Part shown: positions 18,399-53,791 of the stretch, piece by piece | How the letters are laid out: every line of letters starts with the position of its first letter | Position numbering within the stretch: position 1 is the stretch's first letter | Assembly: GCA_963693365.1 (NCBI GenBank) | Contig: CAVNZM010000002.1 | Span: 5,286,259 to 5,350,258, forward strand | Length of the DNA stretch: 64,000 nt | Source: Amoebidium appalachense | Taxonomy: Eukaryota; Protista; Ichthyosporea | Direction of reading: 5' to 3' | The notes under the pieces: generated by a model | Told to the model about the DNA's origin: nothing | The model's input: the letters and a program-made list of their open reading frames with translations, nothing else | Database searches by the model: none | Program-made: the position numbers and the translations under genes

Positions 18399-18907
18399 AC
18401 CCTGACGCACACACACACACACACACGTGCATCGGCGTGTGACGTTTTCAAGCAAGATAATAAAGGAAAAACCAAGAAAGATCTGAAGACACCGGGTGAG
18501 GGGAGATGGCGCGGGGATGGGGGGGCGGGGTTGGAATGGGGGTGGGGATGGGGGGAGGGGGGGGGGGGGGGGGGAGACTGGAAAACCCGTATATTCGAAG
18601 GAAAAGTTGGGGCGGGATGGCCTCACGCAACTTGTTGGGCCGCTCATTAAAAAACCTATTTACTTTTCGGTTTTTTGCTGTCAAAATACGGAAAAGCTAC
18701 CTCGGAAAACGTAAGCTCAGAGTGCACATCTGTGGAAGTTACACAGTTTTTGCCATCTTGTGCGTGTAGATATAAACCCCCCCCCCCCCCCCCAACCACC
18801 CCAACCACACACACCCGTATCCTATTCTTTTAACAGATTTAGCAGAAGCCCTTGCTGACGTAAACTAAGGTATAACGCTAAAGCCATGGGGTTAATGATT
18901 GTACCAG

Positions 18908-18945
<38 letters not shown>

Positions 18946-19231
18946 CCTTTCCTCCCCCCAACACACACACGCACACACACACAAACACACACGGGCGCAC
19001 ATGCACATGCACACGCGCACGGCACGCACACGCACATGCGCATGCACACGCACACAGTTTTGGTCGTATCGCAAGTATGCGATTCTTGGTGGAAACGACA
19101 CTGATTGTGTCACTTTGAGCTAGCTGATTGGAAGGGAGGCGGACACACGGACCACAGGCTGTGACACAGAAGATATAATAGAGCTATGAACAAAAAATAA
19201 CCTCGAAAAAACTGAAAAAGTGGGTATAGGA

Positions 19232-19278
<47 letters not shown>

Positions 19279-19310
19279 AAAAAGGAAGGAAGGAAAGAAA
19301 GAAAGAAACA

Positions 19311-19350
<40 letters not shown>

Positions 19351-19573
19351 AGGAAAGAGAAAAAAGGGAAAGAAGAGAAACGAGAAAAAAAGAGAGAAAG
19401 AAACAAAAGAAAGGGAAAAGATGAAGAACAGTGAAAAAAGCGCAGCAATCAGTTTACACGGTCTATCGGCTATCACAGACACAACTAATTCATCATTCCT
19501 TCATTATATATTCGATTTCTGCGGCACAAGTTCAGGCCGACCGTTTTGAAGAACCCCCCTCCATCGTGAAACT

Positions 19574-33484
<13,911 letters not shown>

Positions 33485-33990
33485 GTTCTGTTATGATGTC
33501 ACTTCACAAACTCGCTTCTTCGCGCTGCACTACACCAACTACGACCCTTGCATAATAGGGGTGATAGCCTACACCGAAGAGTACACAGGGCTAAAAAGGT
33601 GTTTTATCGGCAACTCCATAGAAAAAAAAAAAAGAAGGAAAAAAAGACAGGAAAAGAAAAACTCGGTGTGACTGAAGCTAAGCTTGAGCCGAGCTGATCT
33701 GCTTTTTTATTTGAAAATTTCAGTGTCTCTACATTCCAAGATTGCTCGGATCTAGATCTATTTGACCAATAGGATGGCTACGGCATATATAGGTGTGCAT
33801 ACCTCAGGTCACCCGAACCACGAGCTATATTTGGTTAGGTTTCTGACTGAACTAGAGGATGATACTAATGAAGGAATGTTATCTTCATAATGCGGACCAA
33901 TCGTAGGAGGTGTTTTTATCCGTTTTCGCCCGGGAATCTCAGCCCCGGCCCCCTGGGGGAGAGTGGGGGGGTTTGGGGTTGGGGGGTTGG

Positions 33991-34044
<54 letters not shown>

Positions 34045-34402
34045 CCAACCGTTTAAAAAGAGTCATTCGGACCCCGGAGATTCGAAAAGTTTATATGTTT
34101 GTTTTCTTTTTGTTCATAGAGAATGTACTCTCGAGCTCTGAGTGGTAAAACTATGTGGCCGTACGCAAAACAAACTGATCAATGATCATGACAAAGGAAT
34201 CCACTGGCCGCCCTAGGCCATGATGCAGAGAGGGTAGGCGGGTACTGAGGAATGATAGAGAGGGAGGAGGAGGGGGAGGAGGGGAGGAGGGCATAAAAAT
34301 CTCCTGCCAGATCTATGCCATGTTTCGCTTTAGACATGACCATGCCAAAGTCACGTATGTAGAATTGCATCGGCGCCGTCGAATGTTGCTCGTTAGTATC
34401 CC

Positions 34403-35880
34403 TTGCTTTATGCTCTGACAAACATACATCTTTCATATGGTTTTGCTCGTACTAGAGGTCTCTTGCAGGGTTCATTGCTTAGCCCCTTTTTGTTTAACCT
34501 ATTTATAGATGATTTGGCTGTCAAGATTTACGCCGAAAACGATGACCCTATTAATAACTTTCCGCCTGCACTTCTCTATGCTGATGATCTGTCCCTCCTT
34601 GCCCGTACCCCTAGACGCCTGCAAAGATTGTTCGATGTAGTGTCAGAGTGGTGCAAGGCAAACCTTATGATCCTTAACATAGACAAATGTGGTGTTCTTG
34701 TACCTGATATAGCTAACAATTTACACACATTTACATTATCATCTAAACCTGTACCTATAGTTCCAGAATACAAATATCTTGGTGTTCCGGTTGATTCTGT
34801 TGGTGTTATGTTTCCCCATATGGTCGAAAAGAGGGTAGAGTTGGCTCGTAAGCGGTTAGCTTTCTTCTCGGCTAATATTTTTAAAGACACACCCCTCCAT
34901 CCTTCTATTAGACTTACATTTATTCGCACTTTTGTCTTCCCGGCATGTGAATATGGTTTACCCCTTCTCGCCGCTTGGATCAAGAAAGAGAGAACTAGAG
35001 CGCTTAAACCCTTGGCAAATTTCCTTGAAGCAGAAGTTGCCTCCTTTCTATCTAACAACTGTTGTAAACCTGGGCCTGTAACGCTCTCGATATATGGTCT
35101 GGTCCCAATAGCTGCTAGAGTATCCTATCTCGCGCTGAAATTCAATAAGCACATAAGCCGCTTAAAGAAGTATTTGCCCTCCCACCCTCTCTTCTCTATC
35201 CGACCTGTCCCCTCCTCACCTCTCCCCTCTTTCCTCCCCTCTCTCTCCCCTTCTCCCCTGGGCACAAATACAAATAAACCCCGCAATAGTGTGTGTGTGA
35301 CTTTGGACTGCCACTTACTTATTAAACATGTACACAATCACAAGATAATCACGCAATATAACAAATGGAAAAAGATACCACACGACACTAGACCCGATGA
35401 AAGCATACACCTTGAAAAACTAAGCCTGATGTCTCGTTTTATATATACTGACCGCCTCAACCATATTGCCAAATATGGCACTCGCAAGTGTATAACACCT
35501 AAATACATATTACCTTCCTGTAGAACTGGTCTTTCTCTAGCTGATGGTATTATTGATCAATTACCACGCTTTTACTGTACACGTGCTATACAGTGGAGAT
35601 CTAATAAGTATAAGGTGGCATCATTTGCATGCCCAAACAACACACACACACACCAGTTTAACCGGTCATGTATCGCCAAATGTAGTTTGATAGACCACAT
35701 AATACCGCAACACACACACGTCACATTCACAACAGACACCCAGAAAGATAGCCTACCTGTAAATTACAACATCCTTGATTTTATACTAAACACGCGTAAC
35801 TACGACCTGTTTATTAGATGTATTGATTGGCTTGAGAAACACATCACTACAAAATTATAGCGCACGCGCACACACACACA

Positions 35881-35937
<57 letters not shown>

Positions 35938-35969
35938 CCAGCTGATACCGAGTGTCCCGAGGGGAGCCC

Positions 35970-36001
<32 letters not shown>
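34403..36001 (+). mobile_element. 5'-truncated non-LTR retrotransposon (LINE): RT ORF, (CA)n-containing 3' UTR, poly(A) tail
   Basis: ORF 34403-35860 carries GLLQGSLLSPFLFNLFIDDL, LLYADDLSL, LNIDKC and YKYLGV plus a Cys/His-rich C-terminus. The upstream RT motifs and the endonuclease are absent. An A-run lies at ~35974-36001. I found no TSD. Confidence 0.92.
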
Positions 36002-36002
<1 letters not shown>

Positions 36003-36383
36003 GGGGAACCCCAACTAATTGATTTCTCCTTGTAGTCTTTATGGTGTCTCGTAGAGAAAGTAAACCCTGATATATAGTCACCACCCGACATCTATGTACG
36101 TGATCATGATATACCGCTGAGGGGATATTCCGAGCAAACCCCCCCCCCCCATACCTGAGACTGGTTCTCTTTGCCTCGAGTAAACAGCGTAAACCCCCAA
36201 ACATACATGTGCAATATGGCCATGGGGTCAACCGATTTATTTACTGATTCCGATCACGTGAACAGTGGAAAGTGCAGCAATTCATTCCGGGGATATATCA
36301 CATTCAAGGTCTGTCTATCGCACATGAGCGATAATCTTCACTGATGCAGCTCCAGGCATGCATCCAACTCTCCTCAGGCAACC

Positions 36384-36417
<34 letters not shown>

Positions 36418-36814
36418 CCCCCCCCTCCCCTCCCCCGGTGCAAACATTAAAAAAAAAAGGAAAAAAAAAATAAAACAAGGCAAAATATGATAAAAAGTGA
36501 CATGTGTACCCGCGCGTGTGCATGAGCACATGTCTCACACACACACACACAGAATTTCACCAATTCATCACACGCACAAACCTCGGGACAAGAAGATGGC
36601 GTGAGAATAAACGGGCTATGTATACGTGTGCTAGTGTGTGTGCTAGTGTGTGTGCATGTGTGCCCATTTACGTGAAGGTCTGTGTGGTTGTGCACGTGCT
36701 TGTACATGTGCCTGTGTGTGTGTGTGTGTATCTGTATATGTTCGGCACCGCCAAACGGATGATACTACGTGCAGAGGTAATAAAATACATATAAAAAAAT
36801 AACCAAATTAAAGA

Positions 36815-44557
<7,743 letters not shown>

Positions 44558-46819
44558 GCAAACTCTTTTTGTGTCTTGCCAAAGTTTTGCCCGCGCGCGT
44601 ATGACCAGCAGTGTAGCCTAATTTACAGCATAAAGGCATAGATTTAATGGGCGATTTGGATCTATGAGTAATCGGATCGGAGCGATTGCCAGATCTGGCG
44701 CATGCACTACCAACTGTAACCGGCTGACTCCCTAGATCCAGGCGTATGTTCGAACTCAGACGATTAGCTTACTTAGATAATCCTAATATTACTTCTATTG
44801 ACTATATATTAAATCACCGTATGTTTAATGAGTTTTCTCGGGTATATGATTATCTTTGTCGTTATTTCCTCCGTATCCGTGAGTAAGGCATTTTTGTATT
44901 TTCTTCTCTGAGATATCTGTGATATCTCGCATGCTTCTCTATTGATGAGCTTATCAAGGGGGGGTTTATGCACATCGTATTGCTGCGGAGGTTAATGTGA
45001 TTGTCTGCACAACTGTTGAGTCGGCTTGTACGCAGAAAAATGGAGGAATATATTCAACAAAAGGATTTACAAGCGTTTTAATACAGCTTTTTTATGCTTC
45101 TGCCACTTAATTATCAGTAGCTTTTTCAAAAACTGCTCCTTCGTTGACTTTTTTCTTGCTGAAGAACACCAAGGGAGCGTCATGACACAAAATTCCTATC
45201 CCTGTATTGACATTCCGCGTGAGATCCCCGTTCCGAACGAACGGCCCGGGCGGCTGGCCCAGTTCAAGTTGACATAGATGCGCCCAAAAACTCTACTGCG
45301 CCAATTTGTACCTAATTATAGCCTACTGTGCATACATGGAGCAACCATAATTTAACCATATGCTCTACACGGCCTGACAATACAGGCATGTGTACAAAGC
45401 ACACAAAGCCATGCATCTGCTTGCAGGCCGTATGCAATTTTTATCGGCCTGGAATCTGAGCCCAATTACGAAATATTCGTTCTGCCACATTCGTAACAAA
45501 AGTAACTTGTATCTGATTGGACGTTATGTGAAGACACACAGATACTATTCCATGTGTGATGGTAACAGCTGCCTCATTCATCTTCTGTTTTCTTCATTTT
45601 TTGTTTTTCTAATCTCAAAAAATGAATATTATATTAGTGTTATAACTTCCTTTAGCTCACCGATGAATAATTACGGGTTGCATAACTCCAACGGAAATCC
45701 CTTCAACTATCAGATGGTAGAGATCCTAAAACCCATTCGTATTTGCTCAAGGTCATGAAATATTCTTTTTTCCTTGATAGCCAATCGTATCAATGTAAAC
45801 ACGAGATGGGCAAAAATCACCATTCCAGGAAGTGATGTCTTCGTGTACATTCGTTGCACCTCAGTAATGGACAAACATTCAGCAACTATCTTGGGACCAG
45901 AATGCCTGCAAAAGGAGGAGACATCTATCGCTCCTAATAAACATTTTTTGTGCATATCAGGCTATTCTACCTATTTATAATTAAATATTAGAGTGTTTTT
46001 ACCCCATTTTCTTTGCTTTCCACATCCACTCGGTCTGACATCAAGAATGCGCCTCCTTTGATACCTACCAGGGCTTGAAATATTGTCCCATTCTCAAGTC
46101 ACGGCGTACATTGTAAGCCGTCGAGTGTAGCTGGGCCCCCGACAGTGTCCACGCAATAGAAGTGTGTAAACCCCTACATTGTAGCTCACGAAGGCACCTC
46201 GGCAAGCCACTGCCCCGCTGTAGGCTGTGCGTGACATAGGCTCCGTTTAACCGTAACACCGAAAGTACTGTACAAGTTTTCAGTTAACAGAAGTTAATGC
46301 TTTTGTCAGGGAACATCAATCTTCCCTTGATATTCAAGTTACACATGCTCCTATCACATGTACTGGGCAGTCAACCTGGCCTTGAGCTCACACGAGCAAG
46401 TGCTTCAATTACCATAGGAATGGTGTAGGTTTTGCAGCGAGAATCTTGGAATGCCTGCCCAGAAGAGTAGATGCGTATGTCAAACGCAGGTATTTTGTCT
46501 TTAACAGCACGTTTGCATTGTGCTTTTCTCTTGCGGCCTGACGCACTTTCCCAGCCCATCACTTCTAAGCAAGCAGCTTTGGTTCAAGTGCACTATGGAC
46601 ATATACGTGTCTACTAGACTACTGTAGCACCGCCACAAGCATACTGATAGTTTGCCCTATACAACCACAACAAAATTCAACGTTTTCGTTTCTGAAACTC
46701 ACCTATTCGAACTTCCCTGTTTCACAACAGCCACAAATCACCCTATAATCATCTTCCCAATGCCACAGTGTGCCTACACGGCCTAAGTACTGTGTGCACT
46801 TTGCACACGGTACCTAACG

Positions 46820-47449
46820 ATGGACCAGCAACCCGAACATGAAGAACACTACGGCAGTCTGGACGCGGGAAGTCAATATGACAATGGCATACCCTCGCCT
46901 TCCTCCGTGGCTTCTGCGCCGGCCGAGTTCGGCGATTCTCCCTTCCCGAAAAAACAACGAAGGCGGCGCACCCTAAAGGCATGTTTCCCTTGCGCCCCTC
47001 CTTCTCAGGTCTAAATTTTGTTAGTGGCATACACAAGACGACAGATGGCCCAGCCACGGAAAGGCCATGTTTATGACCTATAGATGAGCTGCCCCAGGCC
47101 CGGTGATGAAAAAAGCATGTCTTTCCCGGAGACAAGAATTTGTGTATGCGTTACCATGTACACACTTATCTGGTTCTTGTCTTTGTCACAATGTAAAACA
47201 TCCTGCGTGTAGTTTGTGTGCACCGTGTGTTGGCTCACGTGTGTGTACACGTTCTACTGTACATTCCTGTTAGGCTAGAGGGTGGTGACCTGCACACAGC
47301 TTATATGTCAAGTTGTGAACTAACTGATCATGGAACACTCAGCTCTTTCCCACTTGTTACACGACTGACATGCCCTCTCACATGCATTTAAATACTGAAC
47401 CCTCACGGCACACAAAATATGATCATACACGCGCTCGCTCACACATGAA

Positions 47450-47523
<74 letters not shown>

Positions 47524-48413
47524 AGCTGACCCGTAACTTCTCATGCAACATCGGAACGTGTGATCGAGTATACGGAAGCAAGCGGGCCCTCGATCTTCAC
47601 CGACGAATCAAACACGCCCACCAATTGCACACTTCAGTGACATGTCCGCAACTACGCGGAAGCACCCCCACCCCAATACCATCATGGCAGAGTTCAGGGG
47701 GGTCCTATCGCGAAGAATCCCCACCTCCAGCTCCGCTCATCCTCCCACCAAAACCCGAAAGAGCAATCAAACAAGAACCCCCAATGTGGCATGAAAATCA
47801 CCACCAGCACGTGAGCTCACATCTGCACAACCACGGGAAACAAGGACACGAGGGGCATAGCGGGGGCATTCAGTACCTCCCTCCACCTACTCGCCCTATG
47901 AGCAGTGGGTCATTCGACAGTTATTTATCTCACCAGGGAAATCCGATAACACACACGCATTGGTCTGCGGCGGGCGCGTACGAACGCGATCGTGATCACG
48001 ATTACCACATGCACCACAGCTACCAGTATTCAGCCCCCCCACATCCATTTTCACAGAATTCTCGACCGGGGCCTTATGCACACCATGGAAATTACTATTC
48101 CCATGCAACCCCCACCCCGCCCATGCCGATTCCAACCCGTCCTCCACAGCAATACTGGGAGAAGCCGGCGCACGCAAATAACGGGGGGTTACATGGCAGA
48201 CACTCATTTTCGCACGAGCAGCTCTGGCCGCGGTGCGACTATTCCCCCCAAAATTCGTATAGGGGGGCCTCTATATATGACGTTGAGGAGGAAAGAGATA
48301 TGGACACGAGAGAAGAACAGAGATCACCCCGTCCGATCGTAAGCCGTATTTGGAATCCGATTCATGATTACAACCGCGATGCCACGGCGCGATCCACCGG
48401 GGGATCGATGTGA
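46820..48413 (+). CDS. Single C2H2 zinc-finger transcription factor with a basic region and a P/H/S-rich tail, 2 exons
   Basis: Exon 1 runs from ATG 46820 to 46978 (GC donor) or 47008 (GT donor) and ends ...PKKQRRRRTLK. Exon 2, 47523-48413, begins ELTRNFSCNIGTCDRVYGSKRALDLHRRIKH (C-X4-C-X12-H-X4-H) and is in phase 0 with either donor. Confidence 0.88.
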
Positions 48414-49370
48414 TTCGTGTATCCCAATCGTGTGTGCATATGCTGCAACCCCCCCCCCCCCCCCCCCCCTTCCGCGGTTATTCTAGTAATTGTGAGCCGT
48501 AGACAGAATATGAACGCCTAATCATATCACCTTCTGATTTAGCGTGCAGCATTTCAATTGGGGCCGGGGTAAAGTTTGTTCATGATAACGTATGAGACCA
48601 CGCATACAGCAGCATGTAAACCGCCGATTTCCGTTGCACTGCAGGCGCAGTTTTGCTCGGATCGGCACATTCTAGATCTAAAAATTCTAAATGGGGCTTA
48701 TTCTTGCCGCTGATTGTAGAATCCATAATAGTTCTCTTGGATATTGAAGTGTTTATTATTAGCCAAGTGTACACAGGTAGAGATGTAGAAGATCGGCCCA
48801 GTAGGTTTGGCGCTAGCAAAATGCAAACACATGCACCGGTACCTTATGCACAGACACACGACTGTTTGCTCACTCTTGCACACTGTTGGTTTTCTTATTG
48901 AAAACGATCACTAACCCAGCACACTGAAATGCTGACTGCAGTAAAGCACAACTGCAGTAATACACAATGCCCTTATACATATGCATAGGCACACCGGCGC
49001 GCGCGCACACACACACACGCACGCACACACACACACACATACACACACACACATACATGCATATATATTCACTGCACATGCACTAGTCGTTGTAGACGAA
49101 ATTGGCGCTTCTGTGAAACCCCGCCCTTGCCTAACCCCATAATCGTCCGCCCATATAGCGGGCTGAGGCGTGTCTTTTTAGTTTAAAGCTCGGCACACAT
49201 GTATTAGTCTAGAAGCTGGCTCAGTAAAGAAAATTAAACACACGACTTCTCGGCCCGGCGGGCCATAAATTATAATGGTGCAATTTGATTGGCTGGTACT
49301 ATAGAACACCACACTGGCTGTACGTGCCCACTGCCACCAATCTCACTGCGGCTCCTGACCACCTCTAATC

Positions 49371-49401
<31 letters not shown>

Positions 49402-49432
49402 ACACACACACACGGAGGGGGGGGGGGGGGGG

Positions 49433-49566
49433 GGGGCTGTTCTCTTCTTCTGGAGTAATCGATTCCTATTTATATACAGTTTTATCATGGCATCCCCCGG
49501 GGGGCTGTTCTCTTCTTCTGGAGTAATCGATTCCTATTTATATACAGTTTTATCATGGCATCCCCC
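49433..49566. repeat. Tandem duplication, 2 x 68 bp
   Basis: GGGGCTGTTCTCTTCTTCTGGAGTAATCGATTCCTATTTATATACAGTTTTATCATGGCATCCCCC occurs twice with a period of 68, flanked by a G-run and a C-run. Confidence 0.93.
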
Positions 49567-49569
49567 CCC

Positions 49570-49611
<42 letters not shown>

Positions 49612-50146
49612 AAAAAAAAAAAAAGAAAGAAAGGAAGGAAGGAAGGAAGGAAGGAAGGAATGAAGAAAGGGAAGAAAGAAATGAATGAATCAATAAAAAG
49701 AAAGGTGAAAATTTTTAAAATAGAACTTTCTCGAAAAATGAGCTTCGAAGAGGACGTGTGGACAGTGAAATGATGCTTTGCTGGAGAAGAAACTTAGGGC
49801 CCTTAGTGTGTGTATGCGCACGTGTATGTGTGTGCATGTGTGTGTTTGGGTGGGGGGAGGGTGAGTGGGATTGCAACAAAGCACGGTGGGGAATGTTTGT
49901 GTACCGTGGGAAGGGGAAAGTGTCGGCCAGGGGGGGGGGGGGGGGGGTGAGGGAGAGGCCTAAATATTCGTGGTACTATATTCAGACCTCAGGCCTAGGC
50001 TTAACACAGATGTGCTTCCCCCCTGTCTCTCCTGATTGTCCCACTCCTCCCCCCCTCGGAGGAATACACCGGACAACCACGTACCTGAGCAAGAAGAGCA
50101 AGATTGAAATGATGTCCCCCCCTCAGAATTAAGGGAGGGAGGAGAC

Positions 50147-50177
<31 letters not shown>

Positions 50178-50563
50178 TGGCACTCGAGCACCGGGCTATC
50201 ATACTGATAAGCTCAACACTGAGTAAATACGAGGTGTCGCATCACTCGTGCTCTTTCCCAGCACATGAAGTGCACCAGAATTCACAGTACAACGACTATA
50301 GCTAATAATAGTATTACTCATGCCGGCACTCGGACACCCTCGGGGCCCGAGTTTGTCCCACAAAGTTTAACACTCGGAAACCCAGTCTTAACGCATGATC
50401 TAATTGAGTCGGTTTTAATTTGTTGGGTTACCGCCCGAGAAACTGCACAGTGCCAGAGTACATAGTACCTGTGCATCGGGATTTTCTTGTACGTCATGGG
50501 CCTCAATAAATAGGTCGCCCATAATGTTGCCGAAAATAGAAACTATTGATCAACCGCACCTTT

Positions 50564-51295
50564 TGTTGTTTTGTACGGGTCTAAGGGAGCAGAGTGCACA
50601 GAGGTGTCATGTAAAACACGACTAACACAATAAAGAGAGGGCAATCGGAGTTGTTCACGACACATTGAAAGATTTCAAACAACAACTGATCCTTTATTGT
50701 GCTCTCGTTTCTTTTTGTACTTGCGACTTATCATCTTATCTCAACTAAAGGGGGAGAACCAATCGGTTCTATCAGATGATAGAAAAACACATTCCGACAG
50801 AGCATACGCATTCCAACTTCCGACTTAACTAAAGTTTAGAAACTCTTACTTAAATAAATTAAGTAATTACATATCTTGTTACTATTAATACACATACATA
50901 GTTATACTCGTCTCTATAAAGAAACTCATTTAAACACATATATTTCCTAATAGCCGACACTCTCAAAGTGAAGACACATTGCAATAAACCGAATTCCATA
51001 CATCTCTATTGTGTCCAATCACAACACGTATATTAATAGACAGGAATGCACAACACGATCTATAGATGTACTCGCTCGCGACTATTGGCGAGTCATCCTA
51101 TTGAGAACTAAAACTAAGCCACTTTGAAATAAAACAAAGACAACGAATGTAGCTAGCCAATCACGCTACCTCTCAGATAAACTGAGGAGAGCAAACAGAA
51201 ATAAAATACAATAAGTTCTATCAGGCAAGAGAGCCAGGTGTGCACAGATCTACAGATATCTGTGCACACAGAAACAAGGGGGAGAGACTGAGATA

Positions 51296-51368
<73 letters not shown>

Positions 51369-51483
51369 GAAAAGAGAAAAGGGAGAGAGAACAAAGAAGG
51401 AAAGCAGACACGAATACAAACAAAGCTAAGACACATACATACTTCAAGACTCTTGCTGTCATACGTAGTGACGTATTCCAACA
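50564..51483 (+). mobile_element. Solo LTR (920 bp) of a Ty3/Gypsy family
   Basis: Termini are TGTTG...CAACA, with a perfect 5-bp TSD CCTTT (50559-50563, 51484-51488). It is homologous to 55135-55979 and, inverted, to 57182-58090. Strand is inferred from the integrase-adjacent copy. Confidence 0.93.
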
Positions 51484-51629
51484 CCTTTCCCTTTCCTTCC
51501 GAGAATAATGTAGACCCACGGCGCTATCTCGAGCTCTGAGGCTCGTACTTTACTGGTAATAACGCTCATATGAATTAGCCATCCTCCCCCCCCCTCCCCC
51601 CCCTCCCCCCACCCCCTTCCCCCTCCCCC

Positions 51630-51698
<69 letters not shown>

Positions 51699-53791
51699 TC
51701 CTCCCCTCCCCCCCCCCCCCCCTCCCCCTCCCCCCCCCCCCCCCCCCTCCCCCCTGCTGTTAGTACATAGCCGAAGGAAGGTGAATTCTTTTTTCGTCCG
51801 GCAAAAAGTGTTTGCACAAGAAGAGCTTTGGACCGGCCAGCAGGGGCCCAGCCAGCAGCAGCAGGCAGCCCCGGCCGGCAGCCCCAATGGGCAGCCCCAG
51901 CCGGGGCCACCCAGCCTTCAGGGCCCGGCCCAGCCAGGGCCACTCAGCCCGCAGCCACAGAGCACACCCACACTGCAGCAGCCATGGCGCCACCTGCAGT
52001 AGCAGATGGCAGCCCCAGCCGACAGCACCAAAAGTGGCCCAGCCAGCAGCAGCAGCCACAGGCTGCAGCCCCAGCCAGCAGCGCCAAGGGGCAGCCTCAG
52101 CCGGGGTGCACCCAGCTTGCAGGGCACGGGCCAACCAGGGTCACCCAGCCGGCAACCACGGAGCACATACATCAACCCTGCCGCAGCAACTCACCACTAG
52201 CAGCGAACCTGTCCCAGACAGGGAAGCACTGGGAGGAGTGGGAGGCAGCCATGCGGGGCCAACTCCAACACTACTGACTACAGGTCCCAACTCCGAAGGA
52301 AACGAAACAAACTCCTTCGGCTCCGGGCAACAGCAGCGGCAGAGGCACGGTGCAAACGGATGGACCGGTGGATGATCTCCGGAGAGCACTGAGCAGTGTT
52401 CTGGACCGGGGGAGTGTGAACGTATCAACCACCTTGGTTAAACACGTCACCCCCACGGGCACCGAGTACCTCACGGATTGGGCTGACACGGAGCCAGTCA
52501 TCCGGGAAACCTATCACCGTTGGACGGCCCACTGGAACTCATACATCGATTATAATCTGCTCGCCGACCCAGTCTGGGCTGAAATTTACCGACCGACCCC
52601 CCCCCCCAAGGACTCACCCCTGGGGTCCATAATGTACCCTGCCACCCAGGACGAGCTTCACAAGATCGTCCAGAGCCGGCAGGGGGGGAAGGCCCCCGGA
52701 CCCACGGCCATCCAGTACGAGTATTTTCAGCACATAGGGCCCAAAGGGCAGGACTGGCTGCTCTACATCATCAACGGGTGCCTGGCAACGGGCACCACAC
52801 CGGCAACATGGCTGCACCACATCATCCACCTCCTACCGAAAGGAAAATGGGAAGGGGACTTTGACAAGACCCGACCGATAGCACTGCTGGAAACGGCACG
52901 GAAGATGCTATAGAATCGGTCATAAACCAGCGCTTACTCACAATTTTCCGGCAGCACCCCTCCCTCCTTCCGGGGGAAAACTTTGGGTTCAAGTGCCGGG
53001 CCCGGGCATCGACGGGGCGCTGGCCATCATCCGAGAAACGATAGATGATGTCATCGACCATGACCAGGAGCTGTGGATCGTCCAACAGGACATAAAGAGG
53101 GCCTACGACACGGTGTTGTGGCCTTCGGTGGAACTGGGGCTCACCCGCCTGGGCACAGACCCCCAGCTTATCACCGGTACCGTCCTCAGGTTCATGTGGC
53201 ACAACCGGACGGCCACGGTGTGCACAGACCAGGGGCAAACGGAGACCTTCCCCGTGGAAAACGGCCTGGCCCAAGGGGCCGTTCTCTCCCGCATCCTTTG
53301 GATCATCTTCTATGATCCAGTTTTGACGGCCATCAAAAGGCACGGCAAGGGGTACACTTTCCACCTACCCCCACAGACACAGCACCACACACCGGCACAA
53401 ACACCCCCGTGTGTGACGTCTGTAGCCTTCGCCGACGACACAACATGGTTTGGCCCGAACAAGGAGCGCATCCAGCAAACTATCAACATATCTGCCCCCT
53501 TTTTCTACTACCATGACTTGGAACCACACCCAGACAAGTTCTCAGTCCTCGCCCGTGGTACCCCAACACGGGCAACGGTGGCCCCCCTGCAGTACCGCAA
53601 ATCCCCGGGAGCACCACCCTTACCCATTCAGATCGAGCCCCCCAATGCGCACATCAGAGTGCTAGGGGTCAACATCACCCTCCAACGACACACCCGGCCC
53701 AACGACGGGAAGGCAATTGTACGTGCATCTGCTTGCCTCTAAAGCAACACTTCCATCCACATGTGCCGGCGCGGTGGGGTTGCTGAGGTAA

